From: Pseudogymnoascus verrucosus
Lineage: Eukaryota
Length of the DNA stretch: 64,000 nt
Assembly (NCBI GenBank): GCA_001662655.1
Contig: KV460209.1
Reading direction: 5' to 3' (one strand)
Position numbers and translations under genes: made by a program
In this document: positions 39,432 through 51,155 of the stretch, one piece after another
Layout: every line of letters starts with the position of its first letter
Numbering within the stretch: the stretch's first letter is position 1
Notes under the pieces: model-generated
The model's input: only the letters and a program-made list of their open reading frames with translations
Databases searched by the model: none
Told to the model about the DNA's origin: nothing

Positions 39432-39976
39432 TGTTACAGCCCTTAGGGAAACTATAGACTGTGCAGGTTTCCGATATTAGAACAGAGTATCTGCTGTCGG
39501 AAACCAGACAGCGTACGACCTTGTTGGGTCGAACGACTGAGCCGAGCGCTAGAACATTAGTAGCGCTAGACCTAATCGGGCCTAGGGACTGAGCCGGGCG
39601 CACGACCCGGGAGCGTAGGAACTAAGTGGCTCCTACGCCCCGCGGTCTTGAGAGTAGGGGACGTCGCGGGATTGGTTGGATCTAGAGACCTCCAGTCCTT
39701 AGACCCAATCATATCGCAAGACCTACATAATGGATAACAACGATATGTTAGATATTTGTTATCTATGATATCTTCGATATCCTTTAGCACAACGCTACTA
39801 TATAAGCAGATAGTTAGTTCTTAGATAGGAGCTTCGTGCTCAACTCAATATAGTATTTGTTATATACTGTAACGTGTTTTACGAAAGCCTTTGTGTCTAA
39901 TCCCCTGCCTCCTCTGTTAAGTAAACCAACGTAACGAAACCTCTGTGAGTCTTATAGTTTAAGACCCAGCGTTACA
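39432..39976 (+). repeat. 3' LTR
   Basis: 545 bp; inspected differences from the 5' LTR are C/T and G/A transitions. Confidence 0.95.
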
Positions 39977-40903
39977 ATAATCTAGTACCTAGGTGAACAA
40001 AGGTAAGTAAAGGTAAGTAAGGGTAAGTAAGGGTAAGCTTAAAAATAGTATAAAAGGCACCTTCTTACTATGTCTATATACTATAGTCTACTATCTATTA
40101 CATTCTTCATTTAATTTTAAGGACTTTACTAGTACTATAGGACAGAAACCCCTCTCTAAAGAAGAATAAGCTACTCTAGTATAGTTATAAGGCTATTTTA
40201 AGAAGAAAATATTTAAAGAATAGAACATATTAAGTTAAGTTAAATTACATTATCTCTCTAGTACTACTAAGGCTAAGTATATAGATATAGGGAAGTTATT
40301 CTAAAAGTATATTAGACTTAGGGTAAATGTAAATTATGCTATATAGCTAATGAATTAGAGCTATACAAATTAATAATTGTCCCTCTCTCGGCTACATTCT
40401 TCCTTAATAGCCCTTTGGTATTTGTTAAGTAGATGCACGCTAGATTCAGATAATTCAGATAATTGCACTGTTAACATTATCACTAGCTATTGCATCGAAC
40501 CTTATAGCGCTAGGACGCATCATAAGCACATAGGTGCTAGCTGCTAGACTTGGTTACCTCATCTACCATCGGACTATTCACTCATTACTGCTCATATACT
40601 GTACTAGACGTAGGCTGCTTTGGCGTGGTTGGCGATTTGTTGCGTGTCTTGAACAATGTTGATGCCGATACGAACATTGAAATCCAGTGGCTCATTACTA
40701 AGCAATAGAGTCATGTGAAAAAGGGCAAATTTAGATCTCACCCAACTGAGTTGTTTTCTTCGCGAAACAAAAAATGCATGGGCCGATAACTAGAGAGCGT
40801 CTAGTTGTCGTATAGTATTCATCGTCTCAGAGTATTCTGGGATGTCCACCAAGCTACCATAATCCTTACACGCAAACGGAAGGCAGCTTCTGTGAATTAT
40901 GAA

Positions 40904-41917
40904 CTACCAATTTCTATCCGCAGCAAGCATCCTTATATAATCAATTGCCCCCGGAGTCTCGGCCCACGAGTTGTATGAATACAGAAGCTTGAGCTGCATC
41001 TCTTCCTTACTGCCACTACTGTAACTACCCGGCCGAGCTGTCAAGTTGTCTCCAGGCCGCAGAAGAGCTGGCCAGAAGTACCTATTAGACTTATCCACGG
41101 CGTTGTACATGTCCGACACTTGGGTTTGGAAGTCATCGATCAGCGGATCTAAATTGTCGCTCTCTATAATATCCCGTCGCTGAGAGATAATATTACTAGC
41201 CATCTGGTTACGGATATTGTCGAGAACTTCCTGTGGAAGCTTCTGTCCTATTGCTGCGGCGCTTTTTAAGGCTTGAAGATCGAAAAGGATGCGGATCTTG
41301 AGTAAAGTGACGGATATGCTGTGGGAGAGGTCTGCACGAGCGAAGAGAACAGGTGGCTCAAGTGCATTCTGGTCCTTCAGATCGAGATATGGCTCATCCA
41401 AATCTCCCCAATCGTAATCGCTGCGCTCACCTGTCGAAGCCCACCACTTCACAAAATCGTAGCATTCCTGATCTTTCCCCAATCGCAAGAATAATGCGGG
41501 CACAGCATCCCGAACCCCCATGTTGTCGCTGCGGCAGAGGCGAAGCATGTCCAACAGGTGGTTGAGCGCCGCGTCCACCGCAGCGTAGGTGCTGATTTCC
41601 AGGAGGGCTTCTACCAACGCATACCGAGCTCGCATGTATGGACGGGTCTTGACGATGCCCCAAAAGTAGCCCGCTTCGTCTTCAAAGATCGTTTCACCGG
41701 CGGGCATGAAGTCGCCCGGCGCCGCTCGTAGTGTTGCTTCTTCATCTTCGAGGGCGATTCGGGCTTTCTTGACATCTTTGCAAGCGCCTTCATGGTCTGG
41801 CCTGTCGGATATAAGATGCTCTTGGCTACAGTAGAACGTGACCTTACATCCGGCACATCTAGAGAGGCCTTCTTTCGCGCCGCAAATCGGACAGCTTAGC
41901 GTTGGATTGAGACTCAT
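40904..41917 (-). CDS. MYND zinc-finger protein, intronless
   Basis: CPIC..LSRCAGCKVTFYCSQEH...HEGAC; TRPYMRARY and LRLCRSDNMGVR motifs of this fungal family. Confidence 0.88.
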   Translation of the reverse strand: MSLNPTLSCPICGAKEGLSRCAGCKVTFYCSQEHLISDRPDHEGACKDVKKARIALEDEEATLRAAPGDFMPAGETIFEDEAGYFWGIVKTRPYMRARYALVEALLEISTYAAVDAALNHLLDMLRLCRSDNMGVRDAVPALFLRLGKDQECYDFVKWWASTGERSDYDWGDLDEPYLDLKDQNALEPPVLFARADLSHSISVTLLKIRILFDLQALKSAAAIGQKLPQEVLDNIRNQMASNIISQRRDIIESDNLDPLIDDFQTQVSDMYNAVDKSNRYFWPALLRPGDNLTARPGSYSSGSKEEMQLKLLYSYNSWAETPGAIDYIRMLAADRNW

Positions 41918-43284
41918 TCTTTATCGGACCGTCTATTCCGACGTGAGTTGTTTACGAGCCCTATTTTCAGCTCAAGGCACCTATTGAAACAAAAAGCAAG
42001 GCAAATCTGAAGCCGGCTCGGAAGCTGTCCCCGAAATTGTAGGAGTAGGAGCGGGCTAGTGACCTGACCCGACAAGCTTTTAAGCCACTAACCCAATTTA
42101 TGTGCCAATACCCAACCAACCCTACCAAAGCATGGGTGCAGCCACAGCGGACGCGAACTCCAGATACTAGAGCTAGAGTCTTTGTTGGATTGTATACCCT
42201 ATCCAATCCAACACGCCCTCTTCCTCTTCAGCCACTTCCAGCCTGAGCACAGGCTTTTAATTAATTAAATACATGCAACAGGCCCTTCAATTTAGAGCAT
42301 AACGTCACAAACTTGATTTCTAGAGGCTTACGCGGCGACCGACCCCAAGCTATCCCGGAAAGAATCCACCTTCCGACACGTGATATCCCCGTATTTTCCC
42401 CCGTATTGTCCCCTTTCGTTGTAAACACTATCCATTCTCCAACCTTGGTCTAGCTTGCTCTTGGCTCGCTCTTGGGATGCTTATCGCTTGCTCATTAACA
42501 CCACAAGCCTCTCTTCAACTTCAATGGTAGCATGCGGCGGCTCACCATGGCGGCGCACCATGCTACCATCGACACCGTCGTTATTCATGTGAGAAGGCCT
42601 CAGATAATGCTTCCCTAGTATCTCCAGTGGGATGCTAGACCTCGTAGTACAGGTAATGATGTATACTACTAGCGGAGATGATTCCCGTCGTGCCGTAAGC
42701 TCCGCGCAGAGAAACTGGGGATTCACTGTCGTCAGGAGTTATTATTGTCTTTTCCTTGTCTGTTTCGAACGAATAATTATCGTAGGATTCGATTTCTTAG
42801 TACCAGCCTAACCATATACTGCTCGTGTTGTCAGCGCCACTTGCACTTACTCCGTAGTGGGTCCAGTTGGAAATGCGGGGGCGGAGTGATAAGACGAGTG
42901 TCAAGACGAGTGACAAGACGTTCTCGAATCCCCCAATTCGCCTTTGCCTTTTTGGGTCCCAAAACTACGGGGAGGTCCTTCCAGAATTTCCGCTTTTATC
43001 GATCGGATATGCCCTCTGAATGCCTGACCGCCATTGGCATCCTTGTTCGCCCCATGCGCCGACTGAGCTCATGTGTCTAATATTAGCGCGTCTCACCTCA
43101 TTGTCATTGTCGCGACAGTTCATACATATAAGGATGCGTCTCTCCTCAAAGGTAGGGGAGGGCAAGACGACGAGAGACTCCATAAAGAGAAGGAGAACGG
43201 GCACCTGTCGCCACAATTGATAAAACTCCGTTGGATCTTGTCTTCCTAACAACATCGCTTATCTACTGGTAAGCACCGCTCAGA

Positions 43285-45283
43285 ATGTCGACGAACGAGG
43301 TCTCCAAAACTGAGGTCGCCGGCGACGCCATCGTCGAAGACATCCACACGCACTTTCCGGTCGTTGCCGAGGGTTCAGGGAAGACCGCTAATAATGAAGG
43401 TGCCAAGGAGAGAGAGGTGTACAATGTAAGTCAGCGGAAGTTCCCCGATTGATAGTGGATACGGGACAACAGAGCGTGTTGGAAATTTATTAACTGTCTG
43501 GAAACTAGGCCGAGCTATACGCAGCTATCCAGGAGTCCCGCATTCCGCCATGGAGCAAGGCAGCTAGGAAGTTGTACTGTAAGTCAACAATGCATAAAAA
43601 AAACCCCAATCCATAGACAAGCAGGAACTTTGAAAATGACAACTTGCTGACAAGGAGGTAATCAGTGTGCGTTTTCATTGCTTTCTGCTGTGCTTGCGCC
43701 AACGGTTATGATGGCTCCTTAATGGGTTCCATTATCGTCATGCCTCACTTTCAATCAAGGATGCACAACGGGAATGATGGTTGGCAAGTCTCCGTCATGA
43801 CCTCTCTTTATTCTGTGTAAGTCCTGCCCATCCTTTCCTTTCCTGTAACCCTACCATGCTTCCTGACGGACAACTGACAGGCGGTTCAATACTTTAGTGG
43901 TTCTATTGTTGCCACCCCATTCGCAGCCGCTGTTAGTGACAAATGGGGTCGTCGTGTTGGCATGGTCTGGGGTTGCTTTGGTATCATCATCGGCAGTATC
44001 ATCACCGCGAGTTCTTTCAGCATGGCCCAAATCACAGTCGGCCGTTTTATACTCGGTGCCGGCATCCAGTTCATGACTGTCGCAGCCCCCGCATACTCGA
44101 TGGAAGTCGCTCCTCCTCAATGGCGTGGTCGTTTCACGGGATTCTACAACTGTGGTTGGTTCGGCGGCTCGATCCCCGCAGCCCTGGTAACTTTCGGGTG
44201 CCAGTACATCGACAGCGAATGGTCATGGAGGGTACCGTTTCTTTGCCAGTGTTTCGCATGTTTCATAGTCCTCGGTGCGGTACACTTCATCCCCGAGTCT
44301 CCTCGATACCTATTTGCCAACGGCCGGGAGGCAGAGGCCATCGATTTCCTGACCGAGTACCACGGGGGGGGGAACCGCAACGCGCGCCTGGTCCTGCTGG
44401 AAATTGAGGAGATCCAGGAAAGCATCCGTCAGGAGCTCAATGATAAAAAGATTCCCTGGTGGGACTTCAGCTGTCTCTTCAAGACGAAAGAAGCTCGCTG
44501 GCGTTCGTCCCAGGTCCTGATGATGGGCGTCTTCGGCCAGTTCTCCGGCAACGGTCTTGGTTACTTCAACGCTACAATCTTCGGTGAGCTGGGAGTTAAA
44601 AGCGTGGCTCAACAGCTCGGCTACAACGTTCTTAACTCCGTCATCTCTGCCATTGGTGCTGGGACGGCAGTATCACAGACTGACCGCATGCCACGCCGTA
44701 AGGTGCTTGTTTATGGCACTTTCGCCTGTGCCGTCATGCTGGCCATTAACGGCGGCTGTAATGTCGCCTTTGGGAGGGATCAAACCAACATAAATGCCGG
44801 TCAATCTGCGCTCGCTTTCTACTTTCTCTTCAATGTCGTCAACTCCTTCACCTATACTCCATTACAGGGTGTCGTCCCAGTTGAGGCCCTCGATAACACC
44901 AGGCGTGCTAAAGGTTTGGCCTTTTACGGTTTCTTGACTGGTTGCCTCGGCTTCATCAACACTTTCTGCACGCCTATTGCAAACAAAACTATAGGGCTGA
45001 ACTATATCTGGGTCTTTGTGGGCTGGGATTGCATCGAGACCGTCTGTTGGTACTTTTTCGGGTATGTCAATCTATTTTGTCCTATCTATTATGCATGCAC
45101 GCTGGGAAACAGGAGTTTGCTAAACATTCCACCAGTATCGAGGCCCAAGGCCGCACTCTCGAGGAGCTCGAGTGGGTCTACAAACAGCCGAACCCAGTCA
45201 AGGCATCTCAACATGTCGACAGAATCGTACAGCAGGCCGACGGCACCGTCACCGAGAAGATCGTCAGCGAAAACGACTCTTAG
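43285..45283 (+). CDS. MFS sugar porter, lactose/cellodextrin permease-like
   Basis: CANGYDGSLM, DKWGRR, GRFILGAG, EVAPPQWRGR, PESPRYL, QFSGNG, EAQGRTLEEL; four introns including 43426-43508 and about 45063-45134. Confidence 0.9.
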
Positions 45284-46061
45284 ACTAGCTGACTCCTGTT
45301 TTTGCTTCAGTATAAAGAGCCAGTCTCGCATTCTAACCTAATAGTCACCCATTTTACTTGAGTAGCAAATACAATAGCTAGTTTTTAGGACTACAGCCCT
45401 GTCTACTTTCATTTCAATTCATTGGAAACGAAAGGCTTAAACCTTAGTTTCACGTAATATTTACCACTTAGCTACAATAATATTATGCAGCATTGTGTAT
45501 ATGAACGCAGCTTTACGATTCTCTCGATGAAATTTTTCAGTACTCGCCCTTGAGTTTGGCAATGAGTTCTTCTGTGGCAGGAGTATATATACATATTACT
45601 TTCCCATTCATTCCCCTTATTACCGCGGTTGTGTAGCGTCCGAAGCACTAAATGAAAAAAGCGAAGGGGAAGATGATGGCGTCGTGGAAAGGTTAAGATG
45701 ATGTAGGCAAATAACATACATATAACCATCAAAAGAATACTAAAGGACCTCCCCTCTCCATGCCCTAAAATCCCATCACCCTCTCTCTATCATCATCATC
45801 AATCGTCCAACCTCATCTAAGCCCCTATTCCCTCCTCGCCCCTCTTTCACGTGACCTCCACACTCTTTCAACAACACAAGTCACACTGTGGTTCACAAGT
45901 AAGAAAATCAACATTTGTTACGGCTAAAACATGTAACCTATATGCCGCTGAATCTAGTAATATGGTAAAATGCAGTGCATTATTCAATTACGGTATATAT
46001 TATTGTTTTATTAAAACTACTCCTAAAATTAAAGGTTTAAAGCATGCTTTTATGTTATCAC

Positions 46062-47503
46062 CTAATATATGGTTAACCGCGGAGAGCCCTCACAAGGCGG
46101 CGCTGAGAATTTCGTCTGCGCAAAGACCTTCTGCATATGATCCTCCTTCTTCTCGAACTTGTAATACACTTTGTCTAGATCCTCAACGCGGACACGGTGC
46201 GTCACCATCCTAAGCGGGTCAATCTGGCCGTCCTGGATTCTCTTTAGCAGGTCCTCCCAGTAGTACTGTACTGGCGCTTGGCCATTGCCGATGAGGCGGA
46301 TACCGCGCTCCATTATCGAGCCTAGAAAGGATGTCAGTTAGTGTTCGATTTGAATTTGGAGCCGGCTAACCGATATTGAAGTTGTTTGTATGGCCCACAT
46401 AGACACCGGTAATTCCGACGCGACCAAAACTTTTCACCGACTCAATCATCTCGTTCAAGATCTCGCTAGTATCTGTTTCAAGGCCGACAGCTATTTCAGC
46501 AGTATGAAGCCATCCCTTCGGATACTCGCCAGCCACACATTCAAGTGCAACATCTGGGCCATAGCCATCAACCATCTCCTTCAGCTTGGTTACGACAGGG
46601 TTGGTGCCCTTCAGCTCCGAGTAGTTTACACGCTCAACCTTTGGATACTTCTCCTTTACGAAGTCCAGCCGCCAATTGTGATCGATCATGATGACTCTGC
46701 TGGCTCCGTTTATGAACGAGAACTCCGCACACATTTGCCCAACAGGCCCTGCTCCCCAGATTGCAACGACATCACCTTTTTTAACGCCAGTGTCCACGAC
46801 GCAGTTCCAGCTCGTGCACACTACATCTGAGAGGTAGAGACCTTTCTCGTCAGGGACGTCATCTGGAAGCTTGAGAAGGTTTACATCGCCAAGCGGCACG
46901 CGTACGTATTCTGCCTGACCGCCAGCGAAGCCGCCAGTGAAATGCGAGTACCCGAACATGCCGGCTGTCCTGCCACCATACATCGCATTCATGCTTTTGT
47001 TCGCATTGGTCCTTGCGCATTGCGATGAGAGCTTCTTTTTGCAATACAGGCATTCTCCGCACGCGATCTGGAAGCTCGCCACTACTCTGTCACCTTTCTT
47101 GAAATTCTTGACTTCTGGGCCCGTCTCATCGATGATACCACAAAACTCATGACCGAGAATGTCACCCTTCTGCATTTCCACGATCGAGCCGTGCAAAAGA
47201 TGGAGGTCACTGCCACACACCGTGCTGCCGGTGACCTTAAGGATTACATCGCGGTCTTCAATGAGCTTTGGCTTTGGGCAGTCAACTATCTGTGTTAGTG
47301 AAGGAATGCCTGGCAATAAAACGAGCTGGCTTACTGATTTGCACTTTGTTCTTTCCCATCCAAGCTAGCGCCTTCATCGTAATGTTTGGATCACCATACT
47401 CCTCTGGATCGAGCGCAGGGTTTGAGACGTCCTGAGCGGTAATTGCGTTGTTGTCGTAGCCAATGGCTTGCTCGACCTTGTGCGCCATCTGTGACGTCGC
47501 CAT
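46062..47503 (-). CDS. Zinc-dependent medium-chain dehydrogenase, formaldehyde-dehydrogenase-like
   Basis: MKALAW, VCGSDLH, GHEFCG, CGECLYC..C, GGQAEYVRVP, GAGPVG; two short introns. Confidence 0.92.
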
Positions 47504-47714
47504 TTTGAAGACTGTCTTGCTGAGCAATCTGAAAATCGATTAGAGCAGAAGGAAGACTGTAACTCGGGAAAGAATAAAGTGAATCCATTCGTATATTAAT
47601 AGTTTCTCTGCTGCCGCCGTGACGGCCACGCATCTACCGAACGTACCGTCATCATTCTTTCTTCATTGCTAACCGACCTCATGTTTGGATCTGTGGTAGG
47701 GGCTATTATTTGTT

Positions 47715-47783
47715 ACGACCTCTGGTAACGATATTGGGGTTATCCACTCCGTTTCAATCCCCAAGATCGTTACCAGAGGTCGT
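47715..47783. repeat. Inverted repeat / hairpin with 18-bp perfect arms
   Basis: ACGACCTCTGGTAACGAT (47715-47732) pairs with ATCGTTACCAGAGGTCGT (47766-47783); inner TTGGGG/CCCCAA also pairs. Confidence 0.9.
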
Positions 47784-47961
47784 GATTGGTGATGGCTTTA
47801 GAGTTTATACGAATGCTATCACAGAGAAAAGACAAGCAAATGACAGCCTGCGGGTTAGGAGATCGACCTACTAGTGAGTCGCGGGCTTGCAACTACCATC
47901 AGCCCTACATACGGATCATAGACTCCCGGGTGGGATGTCGTGCGGTAGGGGTGCGGCAGCT

Positions 47962-49618
47962 AGCAATGTGGCAAAGCTGATTATGTCAGCATGGATAGAT
48001 AGCTAAGCGGGTTGCTTTATGCCGCATATTACGGGACGTAGTTTACAGAATACATCACTATAAGCCCAAACAAATAATAGCCCCTGCCACGGATCGTGAC
48101 AGCAATACGATTAGATGGATATGGATCTTAACGTGATGAAGAAGCGAACTATCTTTCTGTGCAATGATTCATTACATGACGCCGTATTGCCGCTTGACCC
48201 ATGTAATACCGCTAGCTCAGACCCAGCTACCAGCGAATTCGCCCACGACGACAAGATGATGTGAAAGTTTGGGATCTTCCGCATCGACATCGACCTGCTA
48301 TTCCACGATCTCTGATCTTGGAGATTGATCGGTACTGGCTTTGGAGTCTATACGGCAGCTAGCAATACAGACGGATATTGGGTCTTCCGTGATGAAGAAG
48401 CGAGCTATCTTTCTGTGTAATGATTCATTACATGACGCCGTATTGCCAAAGTAGACTGTTCGACTTATGTGATCCATTGGAAACACTACGGGCCCCCGTC
48501 ACTGTATTCTAGAGCCCTAGCCGCGTAGGACGTTAAGTGGTACTGTATAAATTTACCACAGGACTCTCGAACCTAGCCTGCTGACGAATTCCATGTGTTC
48601 CTGTGAACTATAAATTCTTCGTCTGATACAACGCTTTATTGTTCCAAGAGATTCAATTCTTCCGATTAAAAACCCCAACTTACCCAATACAATGGCAAAG
48701 TTCAACTCTCAGGCAGTGCAAGATATGCCACACCTAACCCTGTATGGCGCGCAGCTCGCATCTGCTGCCGCTATCGCAAAGGCACAGGAGATACAAGTCC
48801 CCGAAGATATTGCTATTGTGGATGCTTCGCAGCAACTCCTCCACTTCCAGCGCATGCCGAAAGCAAAATACGCTAGCATCGACATTGCCATCAACAAGGC
48901 CTTTACCGCTGCTGGATTTGGACTCCCAACGCATGCGTATAAGGAGAACGTCTCGCCTGGGGGGCCTTTGTTTGGTATAAATAATAGTAATGGAGGAAGG
49001 TTCATGACCATCGGAGGCGGACTACCAATTGAAATAGATGGGCGAGTTATTGGAGCTATTGGATGTAGTACTGGCACACCTGATGAGGATCGGCAGGTGG
49101 CACAGGCTGGGGTGGATGCGGTACTAGCACACGTGAAGAAGGAAAATGGATCGTAGGCATTAAGGATATGATTTAGTGTAGTTAAGGTATTCACAATCAA
49201 CGTCTTTATGGAACTTGGATATCACATCGTACGTGCCCATCCATATCACAGGGCTTATTCTCGTTTGGTGGCATGGCCTTTGCCTTCTTAGCTATATCGC
49301 AGGCATGATTCGATCGTCTGACAAAAGCACTGCTCGTTGCACGCTAAAGCTTTGACATTATGTAGTCCTTAGTCCTTGGGCGATGGATGCCCCACGGCAT
49401 GTCTTCGTTATGATTTAAATTGTGTTGTTAGAAAATAAAGGAGCGACTAATAGAGTAATAAAACTACATTCAGGCAAATAAGCGCAATGTGCAAAGCTGA
49501 TTATGTCAGCATTGATAGATAGCAGAGGGGGTTGCTTTATGGCTGGACATCGGGAGACGTAGTTTACAGAATACATCACCATCAGCCCAAACAAATAATA
49601 GCACGGATCGTGACAGCA
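47962..49618 (+). repeat. Diverged direct repeats of about 140 bp (47962-48104, 49484-49618) flanking the GlcG-like gene; inner 60-bp repeat 48132-48191 / 48388-48447
   Basis: Shared blocks GCAAAGCTGATTATGTCAGCAT, GACGTAGTTTACAGAATACATCAC, AGCCCAAACAAATAATAGC, CACGGATCGTGACAGCA. Confidence 0.9.
48692..49156 (+). CDS. GlcG/HbpS-like (DUF336) heme-binding protein, intronless
   Basis: IAIVD, SIDIAINKAFTA, GGGLPIEIDGRVIGAIGCSTGTPDED. Confidence 0.88.
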   Translation: MAKFNSQAVQDMPHLTLYGAQLASAAAIAKAQEIQVPEDIAIVDASQQLLHFQRMPKAKYASIDIAINKAFTAAGFGLPTHAYKENVSPGGPLFGINNSNGGRFMTIGGGLPIEIDGRVIGAIGCSTGTPDEDRQVAQAGVDAVLAHVKKENGS

Positions 49619-51070
49619 GGCCTAACGGAAAATTATCCCGTGATGTTGACGTCTGTTGGTGTACAATGCTGCTTATGCCGGTAATTACGAGGAACGGTTG
49701 TATAGACGATGACACAAAGGACGGCCCTGTAGAAGGTAGTACTGCCTTGAATATTTAAAGAAACGACAACGAAACTGAAAAATGTGGTGGGAAAAGCACC
49801 CCTTTCCACGTGATCTCCACACTTTTTCCAACAAACACACAATCACGTGACCTGTACCTCTTTCAACGCCCATTTCTCACGTGACATATATGTATTTTTC
49901 TTTTTCAAATTTAAAGTGATGACGTCAACATCCCCTTTTCATTCCCGCGTCGCACAACCCATCGAATCCCTACCCAGCGTAGTAGAGACATCCCATTGTC
50001 GCAGACGACGTACCAGAGTATGCCAGCGCATCTGTTCTTGGTGTAAGTGTAGCTGTGGTTGTGGCTGCGGCGTCCTGCGCGATTCAGGTGAGTATGGGTG
50101 TGCTGGCTGTGGCGTTTATTATTGTGCTGTAGCTGTAGTACTATACTGTCTATGCTGCTGTCTGTATGTTGGACTTGCGTATCGCCACTCTATCGCGATG
50201 TACACACTTTTTTGCCACAGCACAGAATACCGGATTGTACTGTAGATAACCAAGCCCAGCCTCCCAGCCTCGCACCCATCACCACCACCCATCACCATCA
50301 CCCATCACCACCCATACAACCGTCCGTGCCTCCCACCCCATATCCCTCCCATCAGCTCGGCAAGGATCTCAAACGCGTCTGTGTGGATGGATGGTTGGTT
50401 GGTTGGTTGGTTGGTGGATATTAGGACGACGTAAACAAAGGCCCACATCCATCCCATTCCCAATCCCGTCACTATATCTGCACGCTAGCCTTGCTAAAAA
50501 AGCTTGGGATGTGTGATTTCCCTGTTTTTTGCCGCGGCCCCACACTGTTTCTTTGTACAGAGGTGGGAGGGAGCTTGGGCGATGCGATGGGGACGACGGC
50601 GGTCGGGGAGGCTGGATTGGGGGGGGGTTGCGAGGGAGGTGGTAGATGGGGTTGAGGGTGAACCATGGGTGGGTGATGGGAGGAAGGCAGGAGAGAGGGA
50701 GGGTTACGGGGTGTCCGAGGTGGATGAGAGAGGTAGAGGTGGATGGGATAGAGGGTGTTGGTGTAGGATGGTGTGAAAAATGAAGGTGAAGATTGGAGAT
50801 GGGAGTTGGGAGTTGGGGATAGGTCCGTGTGGCGGCAGGAGGTGGGTGGTTGTGAGATCAGAGCGCCAGGAGGTGAGATAAGAGTCTGATGGCAAGTGGG
50901 AAGATCTATGGGTTATTTTTGCGTACACACCAGTAATAAGCCATGGGTTAGGTGTTCTTGGAGCTGTTCTTGTTCCTGCCCCAGGACACCAGCGACAGAG
51001 ACAGAGGGACTTCAGGTACATGTACTCCCTTTTCCCCCATTTGCGACCGCACTGTGCTTGTGCCTGTGCC

Positions 51071-51155
51071 TGTGGTGTCTGTCTGTGGTGTCTGTCTGTG
51101 GTGTCTGTCTGTGGTGTCTGTCTGTGGTGTCTGTCTGTGGTGTCTGTCTGTGGTG
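51071..51155 (+). repeat. Minisatellite (TGTGGTGTCTGTC) x6.5
   Basis: Perfect 13-bp tandem units. Confidence 0.95.

Larger units (their letters stand above)
32903..39976 (+). mobile_element. Full-length RIP-inactivated Ty3/Gypsy chromovirus LTR retrotransposon
   Basis: LTRs 32903-33447 and 39432-39976; TSD ATAAT on both sides; gag from 33494 with CFNCNKPGH knuckle; protease [18 protein letters not shown], RNase H, integrase, GPF motif, chromodomain EFLIKWKGY; purine tract before 3' LTR; many TAG/TAA stops. Confidence 0.96.

Noticed and set aside
31795..39790. Repeated 60-72 aa ORFs (MRLAQSLG.., MLKDI..)
   Set aside because: They lie inside LTR copies, start at GTG/TTG and recur only because the LTR is repeated
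40001..40037. (A/G)GGTAAGTAA x4 as a telomere-like repeat
   Set aside because: Not TTAGGG, only four units, inside RIP-ed sequence
51071..51155. Possible CRISPR-like array
   Set aside because: No spacers, eukaryotic context, no cas genes
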